Below are positions 30,841-39,839 of a stretch of 64,000 bases of DNA, piece by piece (positions within the stretch are counted from its first letter, which is position 1; the number at the start of each line of letters is the position of its first letter). The translations under genes and the position numbers were made by a program. The notes below the pieces were generated by a model. It made no database searches and was not told the DNA's origin. It saw only the letters and a list, made by a program, of their open reading frames with translations. The DNA is from Desulfobacterales bacterium (lineage in GTDB: Bacteria > Desulfobacterota > Desulfobacteria > Desulfobacterales > UBA2174). Where the stretch lies: positions 243,615 to 307,614 of the forward strand of contig CAXXWC010000013.1 in assembly GCA_963668645.2 (NCBI GenBank), given 5' to 3'.

Positions 30841-32493
30841 ATGGGACAAAGAGTGATCGTCGATCCGATTACCAGAATTGAAGGGCACCTCCGCATCGAG
30901 ATCGAGGTGGAGGGGGGCAAGGTTAAAAACGCCTGGAGTTCCGGGCAGATGTTCCGCGGCATCGAGATGATTTTACAGGGCCGCGATCCGCGCGACGCCC
31001 ACCATTTCGTGCAGCGTTCCTGCGGGGTGTGCACCTATGTCCACGCCATCTCATCCGTGCGCGCCGTGGACGACGCCCTGGGCGTCAAGATTCCCCCAAA
31101 CGCCCGGCTGATCCGCAACCTGCTGCAAGGCGCCCAGTTTCAGCATGATCATATCGTTCACTTTTACCATCTGCACGCTCTGGACTGGGTCGATATCGTC
31201 AGTGCCCTGAAAGCCGATCCCAAGAAAACGGCTGAACTGGCAGACAACGTCAGCAACGCCCAAGTGGGCGGTACCGCCTATTTCAAACAGGTTCAGCAGC
31301 GCCTGCAGACCTTTGTCGACAGCGGCCAGCTCGGCCCCTTCACCAACGCCTACTGGGGCCACCCGGCCTACAAGCTGCCCCCTGAGGCCAATCTGATGGC
31401 CTGTGCCCACTACATCGAGGCCTTGCGGCTGCAGGCCCGGGCCGCGCGTATGCATGCCATCTTCGGCGGCAAAAATCCGCATCCCCAGTCCCTGGTGGTC
31501 GGCGGGGTCACCTGCGTGGCCGACCTGAGGCCGGACCGCATCGCCGAATTTCTTTACATCACCAAAGAGACCCAGGATTTCGTCAAGAACGTCTACATCC
31601 CGGATCTTCTGGCCGTGGCCTCCTTTTACAAGGATTGGGGGGGCATCGGCGGGTGCACCAACTTTTTGGCCTATGGCGAATTCCCGGAAACGGAAAAGGA
31701 GCCCGAGAGCCTCTACATGCCGCGCGGGGCGATCTACAACAAGGACCTGTCAAAGATTGTGGCCGTGGACCAGATGAAGGTCACCGAAGATGTGACTCGA
31801 GGCTGGTACGAGGCCGGCACCCCCAAGCATCCATGGTCCGGCGAGACCAAGCCGCTCAAGGAGAATCCGACTTACGATACCGAGAGCAATGGCGGCCGCT
31901 ACTCCTGGATGAAGGCCCCGCGATACGAAAACAAGGCCTGCGAGGTCGGCCCGCTCGCCCGGGTGCTGGTGGCCTATGGCAAGGGGCATGCCGAAATCAA
32001 GCCGTTGGTGGACAGCACCCTCAAGACCCTCGGCATTCCGGCCGGAGCCCTCTTTTCGACCCTGGGCCGTACGGCGGCGCGCGCCCTGGAGACCGTGGCC
32101 ATCGGCGACCGGATGCAAAACTGGGTTCTGGAGTTGGTGGAGAACCTTAAAAGCGGCGATACGGCCACTTGCGCCGAGTACGAGATGAAGGACGGCCAGG
32201 GCGTCGGGCTCAACGACGTACCGCGTGGATCCCTGGGCCACTGGGTCAAGATCAAGGACGGGAAGATCGAAAATTACCAGTACGTGGTGCCGTCCACCTG
32301 GAACCTGGGACCGCGGGACGCCGCCGGCCAGTTGAGCCCGGTGGAAGAAGCCCTGATCGGCACGCCCATCGCCGATCCCAAGCGGCCCATGGAAATTTTG
32401 CGCACCGTGCACAGCTTCGATCCATGCATCGCCTGTGCGGTACATGTGATCGATCCGGACAGCAACGAGGTTTACAAGATAAGGGTCTGCTAA
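30841..32493 (+). CDS. Periplasmic [NiFe] hydrogenase large subunit (group 1b-like)
   Basis: DPITRIEGH, L1 motif RSCGVC, L2 motif DPCIACAVH followed by a cleavable tail. Confidence 0.96.
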   Translation: MGQRVIVDPITRIEGHLRIEIEVEGGKVKNAWSSGQMFRGIEMILQGRDPRDAHHFVQRSCGVCTYVHAISSVRAVDDALGVKIPPNARLIRNLLQGAQFQHDHIVHFYHLHALDWVDIVSALKADPKKTAELADNVSNAQVGGTAYFKQVQQRLQTFVDSGQLGPFTNAYWGHPAYKLPPEANLMACAHYIEALRLQARAARMHAIFGGKNPHPQSLVVGGVTCVADLRPDRIAEFLYITKETQDFVKNVYIPDLLAVASFYKDWGGIGGCTNFLAYGEFPETEKEPESLYMPRGAIYNKDLSKIVAVDQMKVTEDVTRGWYEAGTPKHPWSGETKPLKENPTYDTESNGGRYSWMKAPRYENKACEVGPLARVLVAYGKGHAEIKPLVDSTLKTLGIPAGALFSTLGRTAARALETVAIGDRMQNWVLELVENLKSGDTATCAEYEMKDGQGVGLNDVPRGSLGHWVKIKDGKIENYQYVVPSTWNLGPRDAAGQLSPVEEALIGTPIADPKRPMEILRTVHSFDPCIACAVHVIDPDSNEVYKIRVC

Positions 32494-32506
32494 AAAGCGG
32501 CTCCCC

Positions 32507-32540
32507 AAAAACGGCCTTCCCGCGGGGAGGCCGTTTTTTT
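32507..32540. terminator. Bidirectional intrinsic terminator
   Basis: AAAAACGGCCTTCCC/GGGGAGGCCGTTTTTTT between convergent genes. Confidence 0.85.
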
Positions 32541-32598
32541 GCAGGGGGCAAAGCCCTCTGTTTACGGATTAATCCGTACGGAAATCGGACCTGGATGC

Positions 32599-33027
32599 TT
32601 ACAGTTCATCGCCGGGGACCATGGTGATGGCGGTCACGGGGCAATCCACAGCACAAAAGCCGCAGGCGATACAGCGGCTTGGGGCTTCGAGCCGGGCGCT
32701 ACGTACGGCACTGCGGCTGCCGCCCGGCGGCGCCAGGCCGAGACAGCCGGTGGGACAACTCTCGATGCACATGATGCAGCCGATGCATTTGGCAACCTCG
32801 ATGCGGGGCTTTTCCCAGCGTTTGCGCAGCCGGATACGCGTACATCGCCGCCCCATCGGATCACGCAAGGCCTCCTGGGGACAGATCCGGCCGCAGGCGC
32901 CGCAGCCGATGCAGCGCTCGGCCAGGATCCGGTGAAGCTTGCGCGGCTGGCCTTCGATGGCTGCTACCGGGCAGATCATCTTGCAGAGGCTGCAGCCGAT
33001 ACAAAGGTCGGTTATCGCGTAGGTCAT
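32599..33027 (-). CDS. Polyferredoxin (four [4Fe-4S] motifs)
   Basis: Four CxxCxxCxxxCP motifs. Confidence 0.9.
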   Translation of the reverse strand: MTYAITDLCIGCSLCKMICPVAAIEGQPRKLHRILAERCIGCGACGRICPQEALRDPMGRRCTRIRLRKRWEKPRIEVAKCIGCIMCIESCPTGCLGLAPPGGSRSAVRSARLEAPSRCIACGFCAVDCPVTAITMVPGDEL

Positions 33028-33039
33028 GGGGTCTGCTTT

Positions 33040-34992
33040 TTAAAAATCAAGGGTCGCCATGGCTGCCGGCAGGGGATGGCCGGTTTCCGGATCCCACCCC
33101 AATTCAAGCCAGTAATGGCGCATCAGCCCTTCGATGGGCACGCTGCGTCCGGCATTGGCCCCGGCGGCCTGGGCCGGATGCCCCAGAGACCGGTCGGCGG
33201 CCCGGTTGCGGCGCGGATCGACGCCGTGGCGGATATTGAAGGCCTGGCGGGCGGTCTGGATCCGCGATCCGCATTCCAGGTAGTCCCGGGCCGACCGGTT
33301 CCAGCCGGTGGCGGCGTTGAGCCATTCGAAGACCGGCAGGCGGTGGACCCCGAGAAAGGCGCCGAACAGACAGCCCCCGGCCCCGTTGATCACGTTGACG
33401 AACCGGCTGCAGGCGGCGGCCATGCGCGCCTTTTGCCGGTCGTCCTCGTATTTGCTCGATTTGAGGTAGAACAGGGACGGGTCCGGCAGTTCCTCGATGC
33501 GGCGCCAGAGTTGGAACATCTCGTAGTAGAGCAGCGAACCGATGGTATGGCGCCCCGGGGTCGGCTCCACCGAGTAATGCAGGGCAAAGCCCGGATCGAA
33601 GCGGCCGTCGTGCATGGGCAGCTCCTGGCCGCCGGCATGCATGGCGAAGGGGGCACTGCCGGCCCCGATGCGCCGGACCGCGGCCCGTACGCCGTCGGCC
33701 AGAAGATCTCCGATCCCCTCGCGCCGGATCATTTGTCCGAGCAACTGCTCCATGGCGGCACTGTTGCCCCAGGTCAGATCCAGGCCGCCGGTGTCGGCCC
33801 GGGTCAGGATTCCGTTTTCGTAGCACTCCATGGCAAAGGCGATGGTAGCCCCGGTCGAGATGCTGTCCATCCCCGCCCGGTTGAGGCATTCGTTCATGCG
33901 AAAGATGCTCTCCGCATCGCTGTTGAGGCAAAAGGCGCCCAGGGCCATGACGGTTTCGTACTCGGGCCGGTGCTGCCAGGAGCCGTCTTCACGGCCGGCC
34001 ACCAGGGCGCCGCAGCCCAGGGGACAGGAATAGCAAAAATATTTGGAAATCACCGGGCGGGTAAACACATCCGGATCGACGGCGGCGCTTTGCTCAGGAC
34101 CGAAATCCGCATGGGTCCCTTTCCAGTTCTGGATCGGGGAGTCGCCCATTTCGATGGACATCTGGTTCATGCCCACCGTGCCCCATTTTTGCAGGATCTT
34201 CTGATAAAGAATCCCATCGGTTTCCATCTGGGCCGGCAGGGCGCGCATCAGACGGCCCATGGCGGCGGCGGTTTTGCCGGAGACAAAGGGGGGCAGATCC
34301 CGCACCACCGCGTTGACCCCCCGGCTGAGGCCCCGCATCTTTTCACGGTCATGGACCGCAACCCTCAGGCTCCCGGCCAGCACCACGGCCTTGAGCCGTT
34401 TTGACCCCATCACGGCGCCTAGCCCGGAGCGGGCCGCCAGGCGGCCCCCGTCGTTGACCACCCCGGCAATCAGCGAGCACCGCTCGCCTGCCGGACCGAT
34501 GCAGGCGATGCGCGGCAAGCGTTTCCTGCCGTGGTGTTTGGCAAGCCATGCCTCGGTCGCTACGCTGTCCCGGCCCCAGATGGCGCCGGCCTCAAGCAGC
34601 TCGGCGCGGTTGCCGTCGGCAAACAGGTAGACCGGCTTGGGGCTGATGCCTTTGAAAAAAAGCGCATCGAAGCCGCACTGTTTGATGGCCGGAGCGAAGT
34701 TGCCGCCGCAGTTGGCATCTCCCCAGCCACCGGTCAGCGGGCTTTTGCCCGCCACCATCCAGCGGCCGGTAAAAAGGCTGCCCGTGCCGGTCAACAGGCC
34801 GCTGGCAAAGGCAAGGATGTTCTCAGGCCCCAAAGGGTCGGCTCCGGGGGGGATTTGCCGGCAGAGGTACCAGGCCGCCAAGCCCATTCCGGACAGCCAC
34901 CGGCGGTAGACCGCGTCGGGAACCGGTTCGCTGCGAATGTCGCCTCGGGTCAGGTCGATGATCAGGATTTTGCCTGTGTAGCCGAATCCCAC
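33040..34992 (-). CDS. Aldehyde:ferredoxin oxidoreductase family protein
   Basis: GYTGKIL.IDLT, DPLGPEN, KSPLTGG, GRLAARSGLGAVMGSKRLKA, CYSCPLGC and PEYET motifs. GTG start at 34992 follows a GGAGG RBS. Confidence 0.92.
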   Translation of the reverse strand: MGFGYTGKILIIDLTRGDIRSEPVPDAVYRRWLSGMGLAAWYLCRQIPPGADPLGPENILAFASGLLTGTGSLFTGRWMVAGKSPLTGGWGDANCGGNFAPAIKQCGFDALFFKGISPKPVYLFADGNRAELLEAGAIWGRDSVATEAWLAKHHGRKRLPRIACIGPAGERCSLIAGVVNDGGRLAARSGLGAVMGSKRLKAVVLAGSLRVAVHDREKMRGLSRGVNAVVRDLPPFVSGKTAAAMGRLMRALPAQMETDGILYQKILQKWGTVGMNQMSIEMGDSPIQNWKGTHADFGPEQSAAVDPDVFTRPVISKYFCYSCPLGCGALVAGREDGSWQHRPEYETVMALGAFCLNSDAESIFRMNECLNRAGMDSISTGATIAFAMECYENGILTRADTGGLDLTWGNSAAMEQLLGQMIRREGIGDLLADGVRAAVRRIGAGSAPFAMHAGGQELPMHDGRFDPGFALHYSVEPTPGRHTIGSLLYYEMFQLWRRIEELPDPSLFYLKSSKYEDDRQKARMAAACSRFVNVINGAGGCLFGAFLGVHRLPVFEWLNAATGWNRSARDYLECGSRIQTARQAFNIRHGVDPRRNRAADRSLGHPAQAAGANAGRSVPIEGLMRHYWLELGWDPETGHPLPAAMATLDF

Positions 34993-35215
34993 GGGATTTG
35001 CCTCCGGCTGAAACGGGCATGGCAAAAATCGCCGCGACCTCTCCGTCGCGGCCATGGGGGGCTGAGGATGAACTGGAGAAAATGGTACTGTAGCGGCCGA
35101 AATGATCTCTTGTCAAGAAAGGTTATCGATTTTGCGCGGCGCGTTTTGACAGAAGCGGAGCGATTCCGTATATAAGTTGGATTGAGAAAGTCTTTTTAAC
35201 CGCTACTTCGAGGGG

Positions 35216-35746
35216 GTGGGCTTGAGACCCAAGAATGCGGTAAAATTCGGGCTGGCTGGCGGCGTCTTTTCCTTTTGCATCGCCGCACTTCTTTTTGCCG
35301 CTTCCGGGGGCGTGGAAGGTCGGATCACGCTTAATCTAACCGGGGGCCGCGCCGTTCACGGGGATTGGATCCGGGTGCTGCTGGTTTCCGAAGCGGTTGA
35401 TGCGGCGGCCATAGAAAAAGATGTGGATGCTCAGATCGACCAGGTCGGAGGGGGGCGCCAAGGGGTTCGCACCAATCGATTGCACCTGGAATTTTACAAA
35501 CAGGTCATGGCACGTGTTACCGGTACCCCCGATTATGTGACGGCCAGCACCCTGACCACCGAGGACGGAACTTTCAAGTTCGTCGGCGTGACGCCCGGTG
35601 ACTACTGGGTGGTGATCACCTTCCCCTCGATCATCGAAGGCCACAAGGTGGCCTGGCAGGTTCCGGTCACCGTGGCGGCAGATGGCGGAGCGATTCTGTC
35701 GCTGACCGAAGCCAACCTCCTCTTTCCTCTTGATCTTTCTCGATAG
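35216..35746 (+). CDS. Exported protein with a carboxypeptidase-regulatory-like beta-sandwich
   Basis: Hydrophobic N-terminus; TTEDGTFKFVGVTPGDYWV motif. Confidence 0.65.
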   Translation: MGLRPKNAVKFGLAGGVFSFCIAALLFAASGGVEGRITLNLTGGRAVHGDWIRVLLVSEAVDAAAIEKDVDAQIDQVGGGRQGVRTNRLHLEFYKQVMARVTGTPDYVTASTLTTEDGTFKFVGVTPGDYWVVITFPSIIEGHKVAWQVPVTVAADGGAILSLTEANLLFPLDLSR

Positions 35747-36136
35747 TGATTTTCGATAAATCCGATTGACAACATATTTAAATATTAGTATATCCAGTCA
35801 AATCCTAAGTAAAAGCTGTAATAAACCTGTTGGTGGGCTGATCAAGGCCGGCTTTTTTTGCATTGGAAAATTTGGCCGACGCCCGCTTCCATGTTCTCCG
35901 GTGGTCGCCTGAAGTACCGGATGGCCCTTTAAGCGATTAATCCCCCTGGGGCGGTAGCCGGTCCTGTCGCTATGCAGCGTCCCGTTGACCTCCCCGGTTC
36001 CCTTCGCCGGACCTGCTTGTCGCTGTGGCGGTGCATTCCTCTCTACCGGCAAGTTCTGCGCTCATCTGAGGTTTGGTGACATGGGCGTACCTTATCGTAC
36101 ACCGCATCGAAGCAAAGCATGGGAGACGCTTGAGCG

Positions 36137-36648
36137 ATGGCGAACCGAGAATCTTTCGAAAACCTGATCGAAGGATTGGCCGGTGCGGTGGTTGAAGCCC
36201 AGCGCCGCATCGAATCGCGTCAACTACTCAATGTATTGAGATACTTAGACAATCAGCGTCACCCGAAAATCTTCGATATCCGCGTCCCCTCCACCCATCC
36301 CATGGCCGAAGACTATGAGGACGTGGTTTACAAGGTGCCGTTGCTGCCGCTGATTGCCAACAGTTCACTGCGCATCAAGGAGGTCGAGGTTCAGTTCGAC
36401 GCCGACCTGATCGGCATCGAGGGGGACAAGGATGATGAAGCCGCGGCCGGCCAGGCCGACAGCAAGGATTCGAAAGGCGCCAAAATCCCCAAGGGAGTGA
36501 GCGTCGATATCCGGGGCGGCATATGTTCAAGCGGCGCACCGGCACGGTGCATGTCGTCTTGAAAGTCGAAGGGCACGAGCTGAACGAAAGCATGGCCCGG
36601 CTCGTTGACCGTCTAATCCAGAGCCAGATGGACTACCATTCCAAATAG
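36137..36648 (+). pseudogene. DUF2589-like protein, frameshifted near 36521
   Basis: LIEGLAGAVVEAQ and VPLLPLIANSSLRIKEVEVQF resemble DUF2589. GGC-AT-ATG-TTC shifts the frame; the frame from 36523 continues MFKRRTGTVHVVLKVEGHELNESMARLVDRLIQSQMDYHSK*. Confidence 0.7.
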
Positions 36649-36750
36649 AGCTCGGATCGCCGAAAGCGGCTTTCGGCTAAAGCGCCTGGTTGGCCCGCAG
36701 GCCGCATAACCACCGCCCTCTGAACGCAGAGCCAAAAGGAGGTAGGAGCT

Positions 36751-36890
36751 ATGGCTGAATTGGTGAACATGTCCGAATCATCGGCATCGAAAAGAGCTTC
36801 AAGATCCTGAATATCGGCGAGCATCAGGCCGTCTTGCAATGGACCGTCTACCATGTGGATCTTGAACGCAAACCGGCCTGGCTCGAGTAA
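36751..36890 (+). pseudogene. Deletion scar: N-terminus of a second DUF2589-like gene joined out of frame to the 3' end of another gene
   Basis: Strong RBS AGGAGGTAGGAG precedes MAELVNMSE, which stops at 36810. Another frame from 36777 reads IIGIEKSFKILNIGEHQAVLQWTVYHVDLERKPAWLE* with coding-like codons. Confidence 0.55.
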
Positions 36891-36980
36891 ATCCGCGGGT
36901 CTTGCGGGACCGGATACCATCACCGGCGCAAGAGGCGTTTGCACGACGGCCCAGGGGCCGCCAGGCCAGGAGGGCTTAAC

Positions 36981-37424
36981 GTGACCGGCGCCGTGCCGCC
37001 CCGGGACGGAACGGCCCGCATGGCGCGGATCATCGAGATCGGTGACGACGGCCAGGCACGCTATATCCGCTGGGTCTGCTGCCGATTCGGCCTTGACGGG
37101 CAGGAACGCCGCTATGAAATGCTCGGTATGCCGGTGCCCGCGCTCAAAAGAGGCGGCCCACTGTCGCCCATCGCCGAAACAAACCACTTTCCCCTGATCG
37201 GCGAGACGCCATCCCTGCCTCCGGAAGATCGTGCCTGCCCGGTATCGATCAGCGCCGGATCCATCAGCGGCGAAACGGACTGTACCCCGGGCCAGGTTAC
37301 CGGCTCTGCGATGCATGAAAGGGGTGCGCCGCGCCAGCCCGATACCCGTTTGCCGTGGAGGGCCGCCATCCTCTGGCCGGCGCTGCTCCTGTTGCCGGCC
37401 GCCATCGCCGGGTTGTTGCTTTAA
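36981..37424 (+). CDS. Hypothetical protein with a C-terminal hydrophobic anchor (possibly degenerate)
   Basis: GGAGG RBS then GTG at 36981; ends WRAAILWPALLLLPAAIAGLLL. Confidence 0.45.
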   Translation: MTGAVPPRDGTARMARIIEIGDDGQARYIRWVCCRFGLDGQERRYEMLGMPVPALKRGGPLSPIAETNHFPLIGETPSLPPEDRACPVSISAGSISGETDCTPGQVTGSAMHERGAPRQPDTRLPWRAAILWPALLLLPAAIAGLLL

Positions 37425-37462
37425 GAGGTGCCGGGCGCGAACACCACAGAAAGGGGGCTGAC

Positions 37463-37912
37463 ATGCAAGTGATCCGCGCAGACCTGCGCCGGCAACGAGG
37501 CCTGATCACAGGCGTGATGCTGCCGGCGATCCTGCTGGCTGGGGCCATGGCAGTGGCAGCGCAGACCGGGTCCGAAGACCTTGTCGGTCAATGGGAAGGC
37601 CAACTCGGCAGCGGCCGGCCGGTCCAGGTCACCATGACCGTGGCCGCACCGGATGATTCCGGCAGGGTGGCGCCCAAACTATTTTACGGCGCGCCGCGCG
37701 ACTGCCGCATCGACTTTCAGGCCGCCCGGGTGGATCCTGCCCAGCCGTCGATCTATTTCGGCATCGACAAGGTCAACGGCGGCTACTGCCTGCAGTTTTT
37801 CGATGGCTACATGATGATCGCCTTCGACGGGGCGACCCGCATGAGCGTGACGGTCTTTTCCAAAAGCGAAACCCTCAAGGAAACCTTCACCCTCCAGCGG
37901 CAGGAGAAGTAA
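37463..37912 (+). CDS. Small secreted hypothetical protein
   Basis: RBS AAGGGGG, signal peptide ending AVAA, LVGQWEG, two cysteines, beta-rich pattern. Confidence 0.7.
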   Translation: MQVIRADLRRQRGLITGVMLPAILLAGAMAVAAQTGSEDLVGQWEGQLGSGRPVQVTMTVAAPDDSGRVAPKLFYGAPRDCRIDFQAARVDPAQPSIYFGIDKVNGGYCLQFFDGYMMIAFDGATRMSVTVFSKSETLKETFTLQRQEK

Positions 37913-37994
37913 CCGGCCCGGCCGGACCGCCATCGCGGGCGGTCAAAGCGCTTGCGGGCCATATCCTATCGATTCCAGCAAGGTAAGGGGGACG

Positions 37995-38934
37995 ATGATT
38001 TCGGTCGTGATTCCCTGCCGTAACGAGCGCCATACCGGCCATACGATCCGATCGGTGCTCAATACCGCCCAGGTGCCTGTCGAGATCATCCTGGTCGAGG
38101 ACGAATGCCGCGGCCATGGTGACCTGCCGGTCGACAAGCGTGTGGCGGTCCTGGTGCTGAAGCGTTCCGAGGGGGTCGACCGGGCGCGCCATGCCGGCAT
38201 CATGGCCGCCGCGTGCCCGGTCATTTTCGTCATGGACGCCCACATGTCATGCGAACCGGGGTGGGACCGGACCGTCCTGGGGCATCTGGAACGGCAGCCG
38301 GACGTGGTCACCTGCTGCCAGTGCCCTTGCCTGGACGACGATCTGAAAGTGCCGGCAGCTCAACGTGGCTATATCGGCGCGCGCGTCGAGGTGATGCACC
38401 AGTATCCGAAGTACTTCGGTTGGTCGGTGTTTCAGCCCAAGTGGTCCGAAGCCGCCGCCGACGCCATCCACCGCGGTTCGGCCGCCAGGATCGGCTGCGT
38501 CCTGGGCGCCTCGTATGCCTTCTTGCGCCGGCGCTATCTGGACATCGGCGCCCCGTGGCAGTGGCTCTGGGGGTGGGGGGGCCGAAGCGCTGTTGTCCCT
38601 GGCCAACTGGTGCCTGGGAGGCGATAGCTGGGTGCTGCCGTGCCGGGTCGGCCACCTGTTTCGCACCGATCAGTTCGACAAGGTCCCCTACCGTACCGAA
38701 GTGGCCCGGATCCTCCACAATCAACTCCTGCTGATCGATTCGCTGCCGATGTCCGAGCCGCTGCGCCGCGATTTGCAGACCCATTTCGACACCGGTCGCC
38801 AGCAAAGGTTCTATCCAGCCCGGAGCTATACCGAGGCCGAACAGATGCGCAGCCGTCTGACGGGCGACCATCTGGCCGAACGGCTCCGCCACGCCCGGCG
38901 CACCCTTGACGCGTACCGGACGATCTGGCCCTGA
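37995..38934 (+). pseudogene. GT-A fold glycosyltransferase, frameshifted in a G7 run (38575-38581)
   Basis: ISVVIPCRNE, EIILVED and VMDAH in the first frame. Removing one G gives WGAEALLSLANWCLGG...PCRVGHLFR through to the stop at 38934. Confidence 0.8.
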
Positions 38935-38962
38935 AAGGGGCCTCAAGAAAGGAAGGGATCCA

Positions 38963-39577
38963 ATGAAAATGAGCGAAAACGGCCGCGAGCTCTTGGCCCG
39001 CTGGGAAGGGGTGCGCACCCAGGTCTACAAGGACAGCGCCGGACTGCCGACGATCGGCGTCGGCCATTTGCTGACCGAAGGGGAATCCCATTGCGGCAAG
39101 ATCGTGATTGGCGGCGTCGCGGTGGCCTATGACGGGGGGCTGAGCGAGGCCCAGGTCCTCGCCCTGCTCGGCCAGGACCTGACCCGCTTCGAGGATGCGG
39201 TCAACAGCGCGGTGACCGTCGTGCTGAACCAGAACCAGTTCGATGCCCTGGTTTCGTTTTCCTTCAACGTCGGCGTGGGGGCCTTTGAGAAAAGCACGCT
39301 CTTGCGGGTCCTCAACCAAGGCCGCTACAATGAGGTCCCCGACCAGTTGCGGCGCTGGATCAAAGCGGCCCAGGCGGCCTGGCGCCAATTCAGGGATGCG
39401 CATCTGGCCTCGCTCTTTCCGGCTGAAGACAAGGTCCAGGCTTACGGGAGCGTCTATGGCGAGTGTGTGCAACGGGCGGCCAGGGAACTGACCTGCGAGC
39501 GGATCGAACAGCTGTACCGCTGGGTGAAAGGGGTCCCGGAAGGGGAAGTCTGCGCCGGCAGCCTTCCCATCCAATGA
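38963..39577 (+). CDS. GH24 phage-type lysozyme fused in frame to an LprI-like C-terminus (probable deletion chimera)
   Basis: WEG...YKDSAGLPTIGVGH (E-D-T triad) and QNQFDALVSFSFNVG. After RRWIKA the sequence switches to AQAAWRQFRDA...YGSVYGEC...LTCERIEQL. Confidence 0.8.
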   Translation: MKMSENGRELLARWEGVRTQVYKDSAGLPTIGVGHLLTEGESHCGKIVIGGVAVAYDGGLSEAQVLALLGQDLTRFEDAVNSAVTVVLNQNQFDALVSFSFNVGVGAFEKSTLLRVLNQGRYNEVPDQLRRWIKAAQAAWRQFRDAHLASLFPAEDKVQAYGSVYGECVQRAARELTCERIEQLYRWVKGVPEGEVCAGSLPIQ

Positions 39578-39839
39578 GAGATGAAAAGGGTGCCAAGTCA
39601 AGCACGGAGAACGATCCCTGCCGGCCCCCGGCCACGCAAACGCAAACCGATGGCCGCGCACGCTGCGGCACTTGATCCTTCCGTTTTTTCAGGATAACCG
39701 CCAGATCGCGGACTCACCGGAAATTACCGGCCCGGTGTCGGGCTTGCACCCTCGGCATATCGATGCTACCTTGCAAATCCTCGGCAGCGCGGACCGGGCT
39801 GCACACCGAAGATGCTACCAAACCGATCAAGAGCTTTCC

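Noticed and set aside
32410..32450. Possible [NiFeSe] hydrogenase
   Set aside because: The L2 motif is DPCIAC with TGC, and there is no in-frame TGA.
38963..39577. Prophage inferred from the phage-type lysozyme
   Set aside because: No holin, terminase, capsid, tail or integrase genes are recognisable nearby.
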